Source: Bacteroidia bacterium (lineage in GTDB: Bacteria; Bacteroidota; Bacteroidia; NS11-12g; UBA9320). From it: a stretch of DNA of 64,000 nucleotides. The notes beneath the pieces are model-generated. The model did no database searches and was not told where the DNA came from. It saw only the letters and a program-made list of their open reading frames with translations. Made by a program: the position numbers and the translations under genes. The stretch's first letter is position 1, and every line of letters begins with the position of its first letter. The stretch covers positions 192,001 to 256,000 of the forward strand of contig CBDCFW010000006.1 in the NCBI GenBank assembly GCA_965216465.1, read 5' to 3'. Shown one piece after another: positions 51,313-61,191 of the stretch.

Positions 51313-51846
51313 ATGGAAGAAACTAACGAAACCGAACAAACAAATCAATTTAACCAATTTGACACTCCTCCTAAAGTGAGACCCACCTTTTTAACCATTC
51401 TCTGCATTCTTACTTTTATTGGAAGTGGCTATGGCATTATTGATGCAATAACCAACTACACTGCGGCAGATACAGCCGGCGAAATGGTTGAACTTGTTGA
51501 CGAACAGATCGACGAAGAAATGGACAATGATAACATGTCTGATTCTGAGAAAAGAATGGTCGAAAACCTCATGGGAGGCTTTTCAGAATCACTAACTGCA
51601 GATAACATCAGAATGATGTCTATACTAAAAATAATTTCTTGTATCATGACATTAGCAGGTGCCATACTTATGTGGAACCTTCGAAAACCTGGATATTACT
51701 TGTATATCGCTGGAATCGCGACCCTCGTTATTGGCTACATTGCCATTTTTGGTGGGCTTGTTGGAGCTATCGCAGCTGGTGCATCTGGATTTTTTGGCGT
51801 TCTCTTTATTATCCTTTACGGACTTAATGTTAAACACATGAATTAA
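51313..51846 (+). CDS. Hypothetical membrane protein
   Basis: RPTFLTILCILTFIGSG and further TM helices. Confidence 0.75.
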   Translation: MEETNETEQTNQFNQFDTPPKVRPTFLTILCILTFIGSGYGIIDAITNYTAADTAGEMVELVDEQIDEEMDNDNMSDSEKRMVENLMGGFSESLTADNIRMMSILKIISCIMTLAGAILMWNLRKPGYYLYIAGIATLVIGYIAIFGGLVGAIAAGASGFFGVLFIILYGLNVKHMN

Positions 51847-51865
51847 AACAACATTATCTTATAAT

Positions 51866-51901
51866 AAAAGGGATGCGGAATTATATTCGCATCCCTTTTT
51901 T
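51866..51901 (+). terminator. Intrinsic terminator
   Basis: AAAAGGGATGCG...CGCATCCCTTTTTT. Confidence 0.88.
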
Positions 51902-51922
51902 AGTTGTTGAGCGCAACATTGA

Positions 51923-54900
51923 ATGAACAGTAGAGAATTTGTACAGCTCTTTAATGAATATCCGATTTTTTCTGAATTGGAGCAGGAGCTTATTGCCGGA
52001 AAAACCAGGATTGGCATTTCTGGAAGCATTGGATCACATAAAGCACTTCTTTTTAACCACCTCTTTTCGCGATTGAATAAAAGCATCATCGTCGTTTGCG
52101 ATGATGAAGAAAAGGCAGAATACTTGTACGCCGACATTTGTGTTTTTACTGACCACAACTATGTATTTCTTTGGAGAGACTCTTTTAGAAAAAGTTTTAA
52201 CCTTACATCTTCAGACGCCTCCAAATTGCAAGCAAATGCCAGCGTACTGGATCACCTGGCCGACCTTGACAAACCTAAGATTGTAGTAACTTACCCTGAG
52301 GCTATTGCTGAAAAAATCATCAAACAAGAAGATTTTGAGCGAAGCAAGCTAGTGTTTAAAGTAGGAGAAGAAGTCGATCTAGATTTTTTAATCGAAGTAC
52401 TAAACGAATATGGTTTTTATCGCGAAGACTTTGTTTATGAGCCGGGTCAATTCTCAATTCGTGGGGGCATTATTGACTTATTTTCTTATGCGAGCGACTT
52501 CCCCTTTAGACTTGAACTCGACGGGCGGTCGATTGAATCTATACGTGAGTTCGACCCCATCAGTCAGCTTTCAACAAAAAAACTTATTCGCGCAACGGTC
52601 GTTCCTAATGTTCAAGAAAGCATCCAAAGCACCTCGCAAACTTCAATTTTTAGCTATCTAGGTAAAAAACCAATACTTGTAGGCATCAACCTACCACTTG
52701 TTTTTGACAAGATTAACAAAGGTTTGCTAAAGGCTGCTGATACCGAAACTGAAGAATTAACATTAGAGAAAGTATACTTTGAAGAAGAACAGATTGCCAA
52801 TTTAATTCATAAGCTTCAGGTTGTTGAATTTAGCAGCCAAACGTTCTTTCGGCCATCAGTAAAGTTACAGTTTAACCAAGTTCCGCAACCCCCAGTCAAT
52901 AAGAACTTTAATCTACTAATTGACACCCTTAAATCTCAGAAAGAAAAGGGATATGAAACCTTAATATTTTCAGAAAGCAGCAAACAAATTGAACGTCTCG
53001 AAAGCATATTTGATGACCTGAATGCGGGATACAATATAAATCCCATTTACAAGAATCTGAGCGAAGGATTCATTGATCACGATTTAAAAGTTGCGGCCTA
53101 CACCGAACACCAGATATTTAACAGATATTACCTAGCTAAGTCCGGAAAACGTGTCTCAACCTCAGGCGCTTTATCTTTAAAAGAAATTAAAGACCTCAAC
53201 CCAGGTGACTATGTCGTTCATATTGATCACGGAATCGGGCAATTCAAAGGTCTACAACGAATGGAGATGGGTGGAAAGATGCAAGAAGCAGTTCGTTTAG
53301 AATATAAAAATGGAGATCTACTCTATTTGAACATCGGATCACTCTATAAGATTTCAAAGTTTAAAGGCAAAGATGGCCAGGAACCTAAAATCAACAAACT
53401 GGGTAGCGATGCATGGACCAACCTCAAACGTAAAACTAAAAAACAGGTTAAAGACATTGCTCGTGACTTGATAAAGCTTTATGCAAAAAGAAAAGCTGAA
53501 AAAGGATTTCAATATTCTCCTGACTCCTATTTGCAGACAGAACTAGAAGCCAGCTTCATGTACGAAGATACTCCCGACCAGGCAACAGCAACTGAAGATG
53601 TTAAGAGAGACATGGAGGGCGAAAACCCAATGGATCGCTTAGTCTGTGGCGATGTAGGTTTTGGTAAAACAGAGGTCGCTATTAGAGCAGCCTTTAAAGC
53701 AGTCTGCGACAGCAAGCAGGTAGCCATTCTAGTACCCACAACCATCTTGGCCCAACAGCATTATCACACATTCAGAGATCGATTACGTGACTTTCCTTGT
53801 ACTGTTGACTACATCAACAGATTCCGCTCGGCTAAACAACAAACCGAAACTTTAAAGAAACTTAAAGAAGGAAAAGTTGATATCATAATTGGAACGCACA
53901 AACTGCTCAATAAGAAAACGGAGTTTAATGATCTTGGACTGCTTATTATTGACGAAGAACAGAAATTTGGGGTAAGTGCAAAAGAGAGATTGAAGGAATT
54001 TAGAGCCAATGTAGACAGCTTAACACTAACCGCAACACCAATTCCACGGACGCTCCATTTCTCATTGATGGGTGCTCGAGATTTGAGCATCATTCAAACA
54101 CCACCAGCAAATAGAAGGCCCGTACAAACCGAAGTACAAGTTTGGAATAATGACATCATTGAGGAAGCTGTGAGCAATGAACTTGCTCGAGGAGGGCAAG
54201 CTTTTGTTATTCATAATCGTGTTAAAGACATCAACGAAGTTGCTCATAAAATTAGAGAGCTCGTACCCCATGCTCGTGTAATAGTTGGTCACGGCCAAAT
54301 GAAAGGTCACGAGCTTGAAGAAGTAATGGTTCAATTCATAGAAGGTGAATACGATGTATTAGTGGCTACTACAATTATTGAAAGTGGACTCGACATTCCA
54401 AATGCAAATACCATTATCATCAATAACGCCCACATGTTTGGCTTGAGCGATCTTCATCAAATGAGAGGACGAGTTGGGCGTAGCAATGTGAAAGCCTATT
54501 GCTACCTGCTGGCTCCTCCTGTTTATACCTTACCTGAAGATGGGCGAAGAAGGTTGCAAGCCATTGAAGAATTTTCTGACCTTGGAAGTGGATTCAATGT
54601 AGCAATGCGCGACTTGGATATTCGTGGTGCAGGAAATCTCCTTGGAGCTGAGCAAAGCGGATTTATTTCTGAAATTGGATTTCAGATGTACCACAAAATT
54701 CTCGACGAAGCCATTGCCGAACTTAGAGAAACTGAATTCAAAGGAGTACTCGATGATGAGCCAGAGCCAGAATTATTTATTGAATGTACGGTTGAACCTG
54801 ATTTTGTTGCTCTTTTACCTGACAGCTACGTTAATAATGTTGCTGAACGTATTAATCTTTATACCCGACTATCAGAAATAAACGACCTTGATAGACTATA

Positions 54901-55228
54901 CACCTTTAGAAAGCAGCTTGAAGATCGCTTCGGAGAAATGCCCAAACAGGTGCAAGATTTAATGTTTACCGTTGAACTAAAAATCTATGCTCAACGACTT
55001 TTTGCTGAAAAAGTGAAGACTAAAGAAAGTGAGATTTACTTATTCTTTAACAACGATCTTGGTGAAAAATTCTATCAAGCTCCAATTTTTAATACCATTT
55101 TGCAGAAAGTGAACACCGAGCCTCGAAATTTCAGCTTTAAACAAGGAAAACAGCACTTAATCCTTGCTATCAAAGGGTTTAACAGCATCAAAGAAAGCCT
55201 AAACAACCTCAAACAAATCAGAGAATAG
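51923..55228 (+). CDS. mfd: Transcription-repair coupling factor
   Basis: VVHIDHGIG, GDVGFGKTEVA, DEEQKFG, TATPIPRTL, QMRGRVGR, RGAGNLLG. Confidence 0.98.
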   Translation: MNSREFVQLFNEYPIFSELEQELIAGKTRIGISGSIGSHKALLFNHLFSRLNKSIIVVCDDEEKAEYLYADICVFTDHNYVFLWRDSFRKSFNLTSSDASKLQANASVLDHLADLDKPKIVVTYPEAIAEKIIKQEDFERSKLVFKVGEEVDLDFLIEVLNEYGFYREDFVYEPGQFSIRGGIIDLFSYASDFPFRLELDGRSIESIREFDPISQLSTKKLIRATVVPNVQESIQSTSQTSIFSYLGKKPILVGINLPLVFDKINKGLLKAADTETEELTLEKVYFEEEQIANLIHKLQVVEFSSQTFFRPSVKLQFNQVPQPPVNKNFNLLIDTLKSQKEKGYETLIFSESSKQIERLESIFDDLNAGYNINPIYKNLSEGFIDHDLKVAAYTEHQIFNRYYLAKSGKRVSTSGALSLKEIKDLNPGDYVVHIDHGIGQFKGLQRMEMGGKMQEAVRLEYKNGDLLYLNIGSLYKISKFKGKDGQEPKINKLGSDAWTNLKRKTKKQVKDIARDLIKLYAKRKAEKGFQYSPDSYLQTELEASFMYEDTPDQATATEDVKRDMEGENPMDRLVCGDVGFGKTEVAIRAAFKAVCDSKQVAILVPTTILAQQHYHTFRDRLRDFPCTVDYINRFRSAKQQTETLKKLKEGKVDIIIGTHKLLNKKTEFNDLGLLIIDEEQKFGVSAKERLKEFRANVDSLTLTATPIPRTLHFSLMGARDLSIIQTPPANRRPVQTEVQVWNNDIIEEAVSNELARGGQAFVIHNRVKDINEVAHKIRELVPHARVIVGHGQMKGHELEEVMVQFIEGEYDVLVATTIIESGLDIPNANTIIINNAHMFGLSDLHQMRGRVGRSNVKAYCYLLAPPVYTLPEDGRRRLQAIEEFSDLGSGFNVAMRDLDIRGAGNLLGAEQSGFISEIGFQMYHKILDEAIAELRETEFKGVLDDEPEPELFIECTVEPDFVALLPDSYVNNVAERINLYTRLSEINDLDRLYTFRKQLEDRFGEMPKQVQDLMFTVELKIYAQRLFAEKVKTKESEIYLFFNNDLGEKFYQAPIFNTILQKVNTEPRNFSFKQGKQHLILAIKGFNSIKESLNNLKQIRE

Positions 55229-55371
55229 TCCCATTTTGGGAATATTTTTATTCATTTTGAGACTTTTTACAATAAAAATTTGGTTTTATCGTATTAGTCG
55301 TTTTTACTTTGTAGTAAGAATTTAACGGTACATATATTGTACTAAACTACTACTACTTAAAACTACTGCCG

Positions 55372-55518
55372 ATGAAAGCACTTCGAAAAATACTACTTGT
55401 CCAGCTATTTTTTATGACAGTGTTATTTACCGCAAACATTCTGATCTCAATGAAGATGAAATCAGAATCTCAATTAATCGTAAAGACTGAGAAAATTTTT
55501 ACAAACCCTGATTACTAA
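55372..55518 (+). CDS. Unannotated 48-aa small hydrophobic protein
   Basis: Hand translation MKALRKILLVQLFFMTVLFTANILISMKMKSESQLIVKTEKIFTNPDY*; A/C-rich leader; ends in terminator. Confidence 0.5.
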   Translation: MKALRKILLVQLFFMTVLFTANILISMKMKSESQLIVKTEKIFTNPDY

Positions 55519-55531
55519 GTCAGGGTTTTTT
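55503..55531. terminator. Bidirectional intrinsic terminator
   Basis: AAACCCTGA...TCAGGGTTTTTT between the small ORF and kynU. Confidence 0.82.
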
Positions 55532-56793
55532 TATGAAAAGGATTTTAGCAGTTGGCCAAATTCCCAAACATCCATAAAAGAATTGTATAATGGAACGGGA
55601 GCTAAGCGTATAACATTCGGTTCTCTCCAATCGGCTATCACGTCGTTTTCAGTTAGATAATCAAACAACGCTTTGCCATTATCAGCAACCAACATTGATA
55701 GTTGGCATCCTCGCTCTTCTGGAGTGATGATTTCAAACTCTAATTTAGGATTAGACTCTTGAGCATCACGAACAACAAATTCAAGGAAACTATTAAGCTT
55801 CTTACCTTTTTCGACAAGAGCATCCATTCCTACTTCATCAAATATTTCTAACGAAGCTTTATGTGCTGCCATCGGAAGCACTGGTGCATTACTTAGTTGC
55901 CAACCCGCAGCCCCTGGCTCAGGAATATAGCCACGCTTCATTTGAAAACGTTCTGACTCCTTGTGTCCCCACCAACCTGCAAATCGAGGTGTGTCAGGAT
56001 TGTTTCCATGTTTCTCGTGAACAAATACCCCGGATACGCCTCCTGGGCCTGAATTCATGTATTTATACGTACACCATGCTGCAAAATCAACACCCCAATT
56101 GTGGAGCTCCATCTTAATGTTACCTGCTGCATGTGCACAATCAAACCCTGCAATCGCTCCAACTTTATGCGCGGCTTCCGTTAGGGCTGGTATGTTAAAA
56201 GCTTGACCTGTATAGTATTGAACTCCACTAAAGAACAATAACGCTAACTCATCTCCTACCTCATCAATTTTTGCTAAAATATCCTCGGTACGCAATGCAT
56301 GCTCCCCTTCACGTGGTGTCATTTCAATAACCGCATCGTCGTAATCAAAACCATGATGCTTAACTTGACTTTCGATAACATACATATCACTTGGGAAGGC
56401 TCCGGCTTCCATGATAATCTTGTATCGCTTTTCTGTGGGTCTGTAGAAACTAACCAAAAGTAGATGAAGATTTACAGTAAGGTTATTCATCACTACCACT
56501 TCCTCAGGCTTGGCTCCAACAACATTTGCTTCTTGTTTGAAAAAATGATGGTATGAGAACCATGGATTCTTACCATGAAAATGACCTTCGACACCAAATT
56601 TTCGCCAATCTTCCAATTCCTGATTCAAAAAATCGCTTACTGATTTCGGCTGTAATCCCAAAGAATTCCCAGTGAAATACAACTGCTCAGAACGCGTTTT
56701 TCCTGGAGGCATATAAAACTTACTTCGGTAAGCTTTTAATGGATCCTGATGATCTAAATTTTCAGCGAATTCTCTTTGATTGGTCATTTGCAT
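55531..56793 (-). CDS. kynU: Kynureninase
   Basis: FTGNSLGLQP, FPSD.Y, D.AHAAGN, WCTYKYMNSGPG, GWWGH, RLAPVPLYN; start MQMTN approximate. Confidence 0.96.
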   Translation of the reverse strand: MQMTNQREFAENLDHQDPLKAYRSKFYMPPGKTRSEQLYFTGNSLGLQPKSVSDFLNQELEDWRKFGVEGHFHGKNPWFSYHHFFKQEANVVGAKPEEVVVMNNLTVNLHLLLVSFYRPTEKRYKIIMEAGAFPSDMYVIESQVKHHGFDYDDAVIEMTPREGEHALRTEDILAKIDEVGDELALLFFSGVQYYTGQAFNIPALTEAAHKVGAIAGFDCAHAAGNIKMELHNWGVDFAAWCTYKYMNSGPGGVSGVFVHEKHGNNPDTPRFAGWWGHKESERFQMKRGYIPEPGAAGWQLSNAPVLPMAAHKASLEIFDEVGMDALVEKGKKLNSFLEFVVRDAQESNPKLEFEIITPEERGCQLSMLVADNGKALFDYLTENDVIADWREPNVIRLAPVPLYNSFMDVWEFGQLLKSFS

Positions 56794-56830
56794 ATGCAAA
56801 TAAAGCGACACCTCCTTCAATTCAAAAATA

Positions 56831-57442
56831 TTATTGAAATAGCCTTAGATATTTTCCGCTTCGGTAGGCAAGACCGTCTGAAGTTATGTATTGATACGAG
56901 CAATTGAACACAACTTCATGGCAATCGTTGATCACTCCATATTGATCATTTTTTCGAACAATAATTCGTTCTAAACTTAAGATTCTTGGTGGCAAGTCAT
57001 AAATACATGGCACACGTTGATCACCAAACGTATCGTATATACCCCAAAGACCTTCATGCGATTGAACAAGGATGAGGCCCAATTTTGGTAACCGAACTTG
57101 AAAGAAAGCTAGTGGAACAACCAATTGCATTTTGGCATTTATTATACTCCGATGCGTGCTATCTCCAACCAGAGCATACCCATCTTTAAAGTTTCCTGCC
57201 TCAACAAACACGTAAGGACTTAAGTCATTTCCATTTTCATCGATATATGCGTACAAATCACCCTTAGCAACAAAGGCTTTGCCTTCAGAAAGTTCACTAA
57301 TCTCAGAGTAGACAAAATCTGTAATGACTGCAGAATCTTTGACAATAGCCATTTTGCCATTGTTGGGATGTTTCTTCATATCCCAAACTTGACTATATCC
57401 ATAAATGGCAAGAAAACATGCTATGAAACTAATAATTCTCAA
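56831..57442 (-). CDS. WG-repeat-containing exported protein
   Basis: AYIDENG, FKDGYALV, LWGIYD, YGVIN repeats. Confidence 0.8.
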   Translation of the reverse strand: MRIISFIACFLAIYGYSQVWDMKKHPNNGKMAIVKDSAVITDFVYSEISELSEGKAFVAKGDLYAYIDENGNDLSPYVFVEAGNFKDGYALVGDSTHRSIINAKMQLVVPLAFFQVRLPKLGLILVQSHEGLWGIYDTFGDQRVPCIYDLPPRILSLERIIVRKNDQYGVINDCHEVVFNCSYQYITSDGLAYRSGKYLRLFQ

Positions 57443-57966
57443 TCTACTCGCTCAAATTCAAGTTTATCACCAATAAACCACTTGTCTATTAAGACTATGG
57501 CTATATACCTCATCTCGTACTCCTTTTTCCGCTTTTTCAGGTGCATGGTCACATAACAAAAACGATTGCCCTCTTCATCTTCACCAAAGTCATACTCGGT
57601 AGACTCGAGGTTTAAATGCCGGAACTTGACCTTCGCTTTTTCGTTCTTTTTTAGAATTTTACGGTAGTCTTTTTGAAGTCCACGAAGTAACATCTGCTGC
57701 CGAACCAAAACCTTATTGTCAGTATACTCAACATCGAGCGTATCGAATGTTGCTTTTAGATACCTCATAGTCGGCACAAACTTTTTCATAGATGAAATGT
57801 CTTGTAATTTTATCTCGCTGTAAAAAGAATCAACAAGTACCGGAAGTGAATCATATAACAATGGCTGACCCACATTGCTATCCGGTCGATGATCTTGCAA
57901 AACATAAAGCTGTGCGAAAGATAAATTGGAGACTAACAACAACGCTATGTAAAGAAATCGTTTCAC
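57439..57966 (-). CDS. Hypothetical exported protein
   Basis: GTG start, signal peptide (SFA-Q), TAAATTTG promoter upstream on the minus strand. Confidence 0.7.
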   Translation of the reverse strand: MKRFLYIALLLVSNLSFAQLYVLQDHRPDSNVGQPLLYDSLPVLVDSFYSEIKLQDISSMKKFVPTMRYLKATFDTLDVEYTDNKVLVRQQMLLRGLQKDYRKILKKNEKAKVKFRHLNLESTEYDFGEDEEGNRFCYVTMHLKKRKKEYEMRYIAIVLIDKWFIGDKLEFERVD

Positions 57967-58094
57967 TGTTCTAATAACGCAAATTTAAAACCATTTGTAC
58001 CTCGAAACACAATATTCGACCAAACAAGAGCTTCGTGCATCTTTTTTACAAATTCATGAGTCCATTATATGTACTGTTTTTTAGTATTTAAATT

Positions 58095-58126
58095 GGGGAG
58101 TGAGTGAAACAACTCACCCCCTTTTT
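58095..58126 (+). terminator. Orphan terminator-like hairpin in a divergent intergenic region
   Basis: GGGG(A)GTGAGT-gaaaca-ACTCACCCCC followed by TTTTT; no + strand CDS upstream. Confidence 0.7.
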
Positions 58127-58219
58127 AGGCTCTACATAACTAACCCCCGAATTAATCCCCACAATCTGCCTTTTGTTGTCTCTATGATGATTTAAGTAAT
58201 AGTTCGCTAAGTTTGCCAT

Positions 58220-59125
58220 ATGAGAAAATTCGCATTAATTCTTCTCGCCGTTGTATTTAGCTTTGTTTCATGTCAGAAAACTGAGGACGACGGTCGAATT
58301 ACGATTGTAACCACAACAGGAATAATTGGAGATTGCGTAGAACAAATAGTTGGGGACAAAGCCGAAGTCGTTTCGCTAATGGGAGCAGGCGTCGACCCGC
58401 ATTTATACAAAGCATCACAAGGAGATATCGTAAAATTATCATCAGCAGATGTTATAATCTACAATGGGCTACATCTTGAGGGCAAAATGGCTCAGATGTT
58501 AGAAAATTACAGCGAATCAAAACCAACCTTCGCAATTGGGAATTATGTGCACCAAGATCAACTTAAAAAAGTAGATAATACATCAGATTTAGTTGACCCT
58601 CACATTTGGTTTAATCCACAATTATGGCTCCAAGGTCTTGGAGGCATCGCTAAAGAACTTGACAAAATTGAAGGTCTAGATAGCATTTATGAAAACTACA
58701 TGGTCTACGCCCAGCAAATTCTAGAAATAGAGCAAGGACTAAAAGAGCAACTCAATACGACACTGCGTGAAGAAAGCAGAATATTAATTACTTCACATGA
58801 TGCTTTTGCTTACTTTGGTGACGCATTTTCGTTTAAAGTGAGAGGACTACAAGGAATCAGCACCGCTGCAGAATATGGAGCCAAAGATGTAAAAGACCTC
58901 ATTGATTTCATTGTTGAGAATAACATAAAATCTGTATTTGTGGAGACCAGCGTATCAAATAAAAATCTTGAAGCCGTGCTGGAAGGAGCGAATGCAAGAG
59001 GGTATTCGCTTCAAATTGGTGGAACGTTATTCAGTGATGCTTTAGGCGAACAAGGCAAGCCGGCAGGAACCTACAAAGGCATGCTTGAACAGAATATAAA
59101 AACTATAATAAACGGACTCAAATGA
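58220..59125 (+). CDS. Mn/Zn/Fe ABC transporter substrate-binding lipoprotein (TroA/MntA type)
   Basis: GVDPHLY, NGLHLE, DPHIW, SHDAFAYF, SDALG. Confidence 0.95.
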   Translation: MRKFALILLAVVFSFVSCQKTEDDGRITIVTTTGIIGDCVEQIVGDKAEVVSLMGAGVDPHLYKASQGDIVKLSSADVIIYNGLHLEGKMAQMLENYSESKPTFAIGNYVHQDQLKKVDNTSDLVDPHIWFNPQLWLQGLGGIAKELDKIEGLDSIYENYMVYAQQILEIEQGLKEQLNTTLREESRILITSHDAFAYFGDAFSFKVRGLQGISTAAEYGAKDVKDLIDFIVENNIKSVFVETSVSNKNLEAVLEGANARGYSLQIGGTLFSDALGEQGKPAGTYKGMLEQNIKTIINGLK

Positions 59126-59904
59126 CAAAGCGATCTCCTATAGTTGAAGCCCATAACCTTACCGTTTTGTATGGTAGAAAGCCTGCATTGTGGAATGTAG
59201 ATTTCAGCCTCCCGCACCAGCAAGTAATAGGTATTATGGGACCTAACGGAAGTGGCAAAAGCACATTACTTAAATCGATTATGGGTGTTGTTGAACCAAC
59301 ATCAGGATTCACTAAGGTCTACGACCAAGAATTAGATCAAGTTCGAGAAAAAGTAAGCTATGTTCCTCAGCGGCAAGACATCGATTGGGATTTTCCTGCT
59401 AGCGTTTGGGAAATTGTCGCCATGGGCCGATATCAAAAAAGAGGATTGCTCAATAAACTTACCTCTGAAGACAAAGACATTGTAGCCCAGAGTCTTGAAA
59501 AAGTAAACATGTTAGGCTATAGCAAACGTCAAATATCACAGCTTTCGGGTGGACAACAACAACGTGTATTTTTAGCCAGGGCACTCGCTCAACAAGGCGA
59601 TTTATTCTTAATGGATGAACCATTTGCAGGAGTAGATATTGCAACAGAAGAAATGATAGTAGACTTGCTAAAAGAAATGAAAACAGCAGGTAAAACATTG
59701 ATCATTGTTCACCACGATTTACATACCGCTCAATCTTATTTCGATTGGCTGGTCTTATTGAATACGCGATTGGTTGCGTGCGGACCGATTCAAGATGTTT
59801 TCACTGATAAAATCCTCACAGACACATACGGCGGTAAGCTAACTACCATTGCAAAAATCAGTCAAGAATTAGAAAACAAAGACTTTCCAATTCGCCATAA
59901 ATGA
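59122..59904 (+). CDS. Metal ABC transporter ATP-binding protein (TroB type)
   Basis: GPNGSGKST, LSGGQQQR, DEPF, VHHDL. Confidence 0.96.
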   Translation: MTKRSPIVEAHNLTVLYGRKPALWNVDFSLPHQQVIGIMGPNGSGKSTLLKSIMGVVEPTSGFTKVYDQELDQVREKVSYVPQRQDIDWDFPASVWEIVAMGRYQKRGLLNKLTSEDKDIVAQSLEKVNMLGYSKRQISQLSGGQQQRVFLARALAQQGDLFLMDEPFAGVDIATEEMIVDLLKEMKTAGKTLIIVHHDLHTAQSYFDWLVLLNTRLVACGPIQDVFTDKILTDTYGGKLTTIAKISQELENKDFPIRHK

Positions 59905-61187
59905 GCATTTGGACCGACATATCAACCTTCTTTTCTTCAGAAAATTACAACCTCTTTGTAATCAGCATCGGTTCAGGGATTTTGTGTTTTGCAGCTGGGG
60001 TCGTTGGCACCTATACGTACTTGAGAAAAAGAGCTCTTATTGGAGACGTAATTTCACATTCGGTTTTACCCGGCGTCGCGGTTGCCTTTATGTTAAGTGG
60101 GGTTAAAAACCCAGTATACTTTTTAATTGGAGCTATCATTTCGGGCTTACTATCAATAGGCATTGTAGATTATGTTCAAGCACGTTCGAAACTCAAGCCT
60201 GACACTATTTTAGCTTTGACGCTAAGCGTGTTTTTTGGTGTCGGAATTGTCTTATTAACTAAAATTCAGCATTCGGGCAATGCTGCACAAAGTGGCTTAG
60301 ATAGTTTTCTCTTTGGGAAAGCTGCTTCCATGAGCTTACTTGACGTGAAGGTATTTAGCGTTATTGCAATTCTGAACATTGCGTGCATAGCCATTTTGAA
60401 AAGAGGGTTTAACTTAATAAGCTTTGACGAATACTACGCCAAAAGCCTAGGGTTTAAAGTCCCATGGCTAAAGTCATTACTAGCATTGCTCACAGTAGTA
60501 ACGGTAGCAATTGGGGTGCAGGCAGTAGGTGTTGTGCTCATGGCTGCACTGCTAATAACGCCTGCCGCTGGAGCTAGATACTTGACAAATTCTATAACCA
60601 AAATGCTGGCTTATTCTGGCATTTTTGGATTTGCGAGCGGCTGGATTGGCGTTTTCATTAGCTACACTGGCTCTGGTATGCCAACCGGACCGTGGATTGT
60701 TGTAGTTCTATCAGCATTTACCCTCGTGGCCTTACTTTTTGGAAAACGCAGAGGAGTGTTTGCACGTATGCGATTACGCCAAGCCAACAATATAAAAATC
60801 AACAACGAAAATGTGCTAAAAGACATCTATAAACTGTCTGAAAATGGCACAAAGACCATCACATTTCAAGAGTTGATGGAAAAGGAAAAATACCCCAACA
60901 ATATGTTGAAAGTGGTACTTAAGCGGCTTGAAAAGCAAGATTTCGTAGACCTTATTCGAGGTATGGTTGTGCTTAACGCAAAAGGAAATTTAGCCGCCAG
61001 AGAAGTGGTTAGAAAACACCGATTGTGGGAGATTTATTTATCAAAATACTTTCAACTTGAGTCCGACCATTTGCATGATGATGCGGAAGGAATAGAACAC
61101 ATTATTACTCCAGAAATAGAGAAAGAACTTATACAATTATTAGAACATCCTGACAAGGATCCACACGAAAGCGAGATTCCATACTAA
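59901..61187 (+). CDS. Metal ABC permease fused to C-terminal DtxR/MntR-like repressor domain
   Basis: GDVISHSVLPG permease motif; C-terminal VRKHRLWEIYL...HDDAEGIEH...DPH. Confidence 0.92.
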   Translation: MSIWTDISTFFSSENYNLFVISIGSGILCFAAGVVGTYTYLRKRALIGDVISHSVLPGVAVAFMLSGVKNPVYFLIGAIISGLLSIGIVDYVQARSKLKPDTILALTLSVFFGVGIVLLTKIQHSGNAAQSGLDSFLFGKAASMSLLDVKVFSVIAILNIACIAILKRGFNLISFDEYYAKSLGFKVPWLKSLLALLTVVTVAIGVQAVGVVLMAALLITPAAGARYLTNSITKMLAYSGIFGFASGWIGVFISYTGSGMPTGPWIVVVLSAFTLVALLFGKRRGVFARMRLRQANNIKINNENVLKDIYKLSENGTKTITFQELMEKEKYPNNMLKVVLKRLEKQDFVDLIRGMVVLNAKGNLAAREVVRKHRLWEIYLSKYFQLESDHLHDDAEGIEHIITPEIEKELIQLLEHPDKDPHESEIPY

Positions 61188-61191
61188 GAAA

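Noticed and set aside
55531-56793. Functional link between kynureninase and kynurenine-forming MbnPH
   Set aside because: About 30 kb apart; KynU acts on free kynurenine in Trp catabolism, so proximity is probably coincidental
58040-58066. Minus-strand mini-ORFs (MDS*, MNL*) as leader peptides
   Set aside because: Three codons each and upstream of the apparent promoter of the 57966 gene; no supporting evidence
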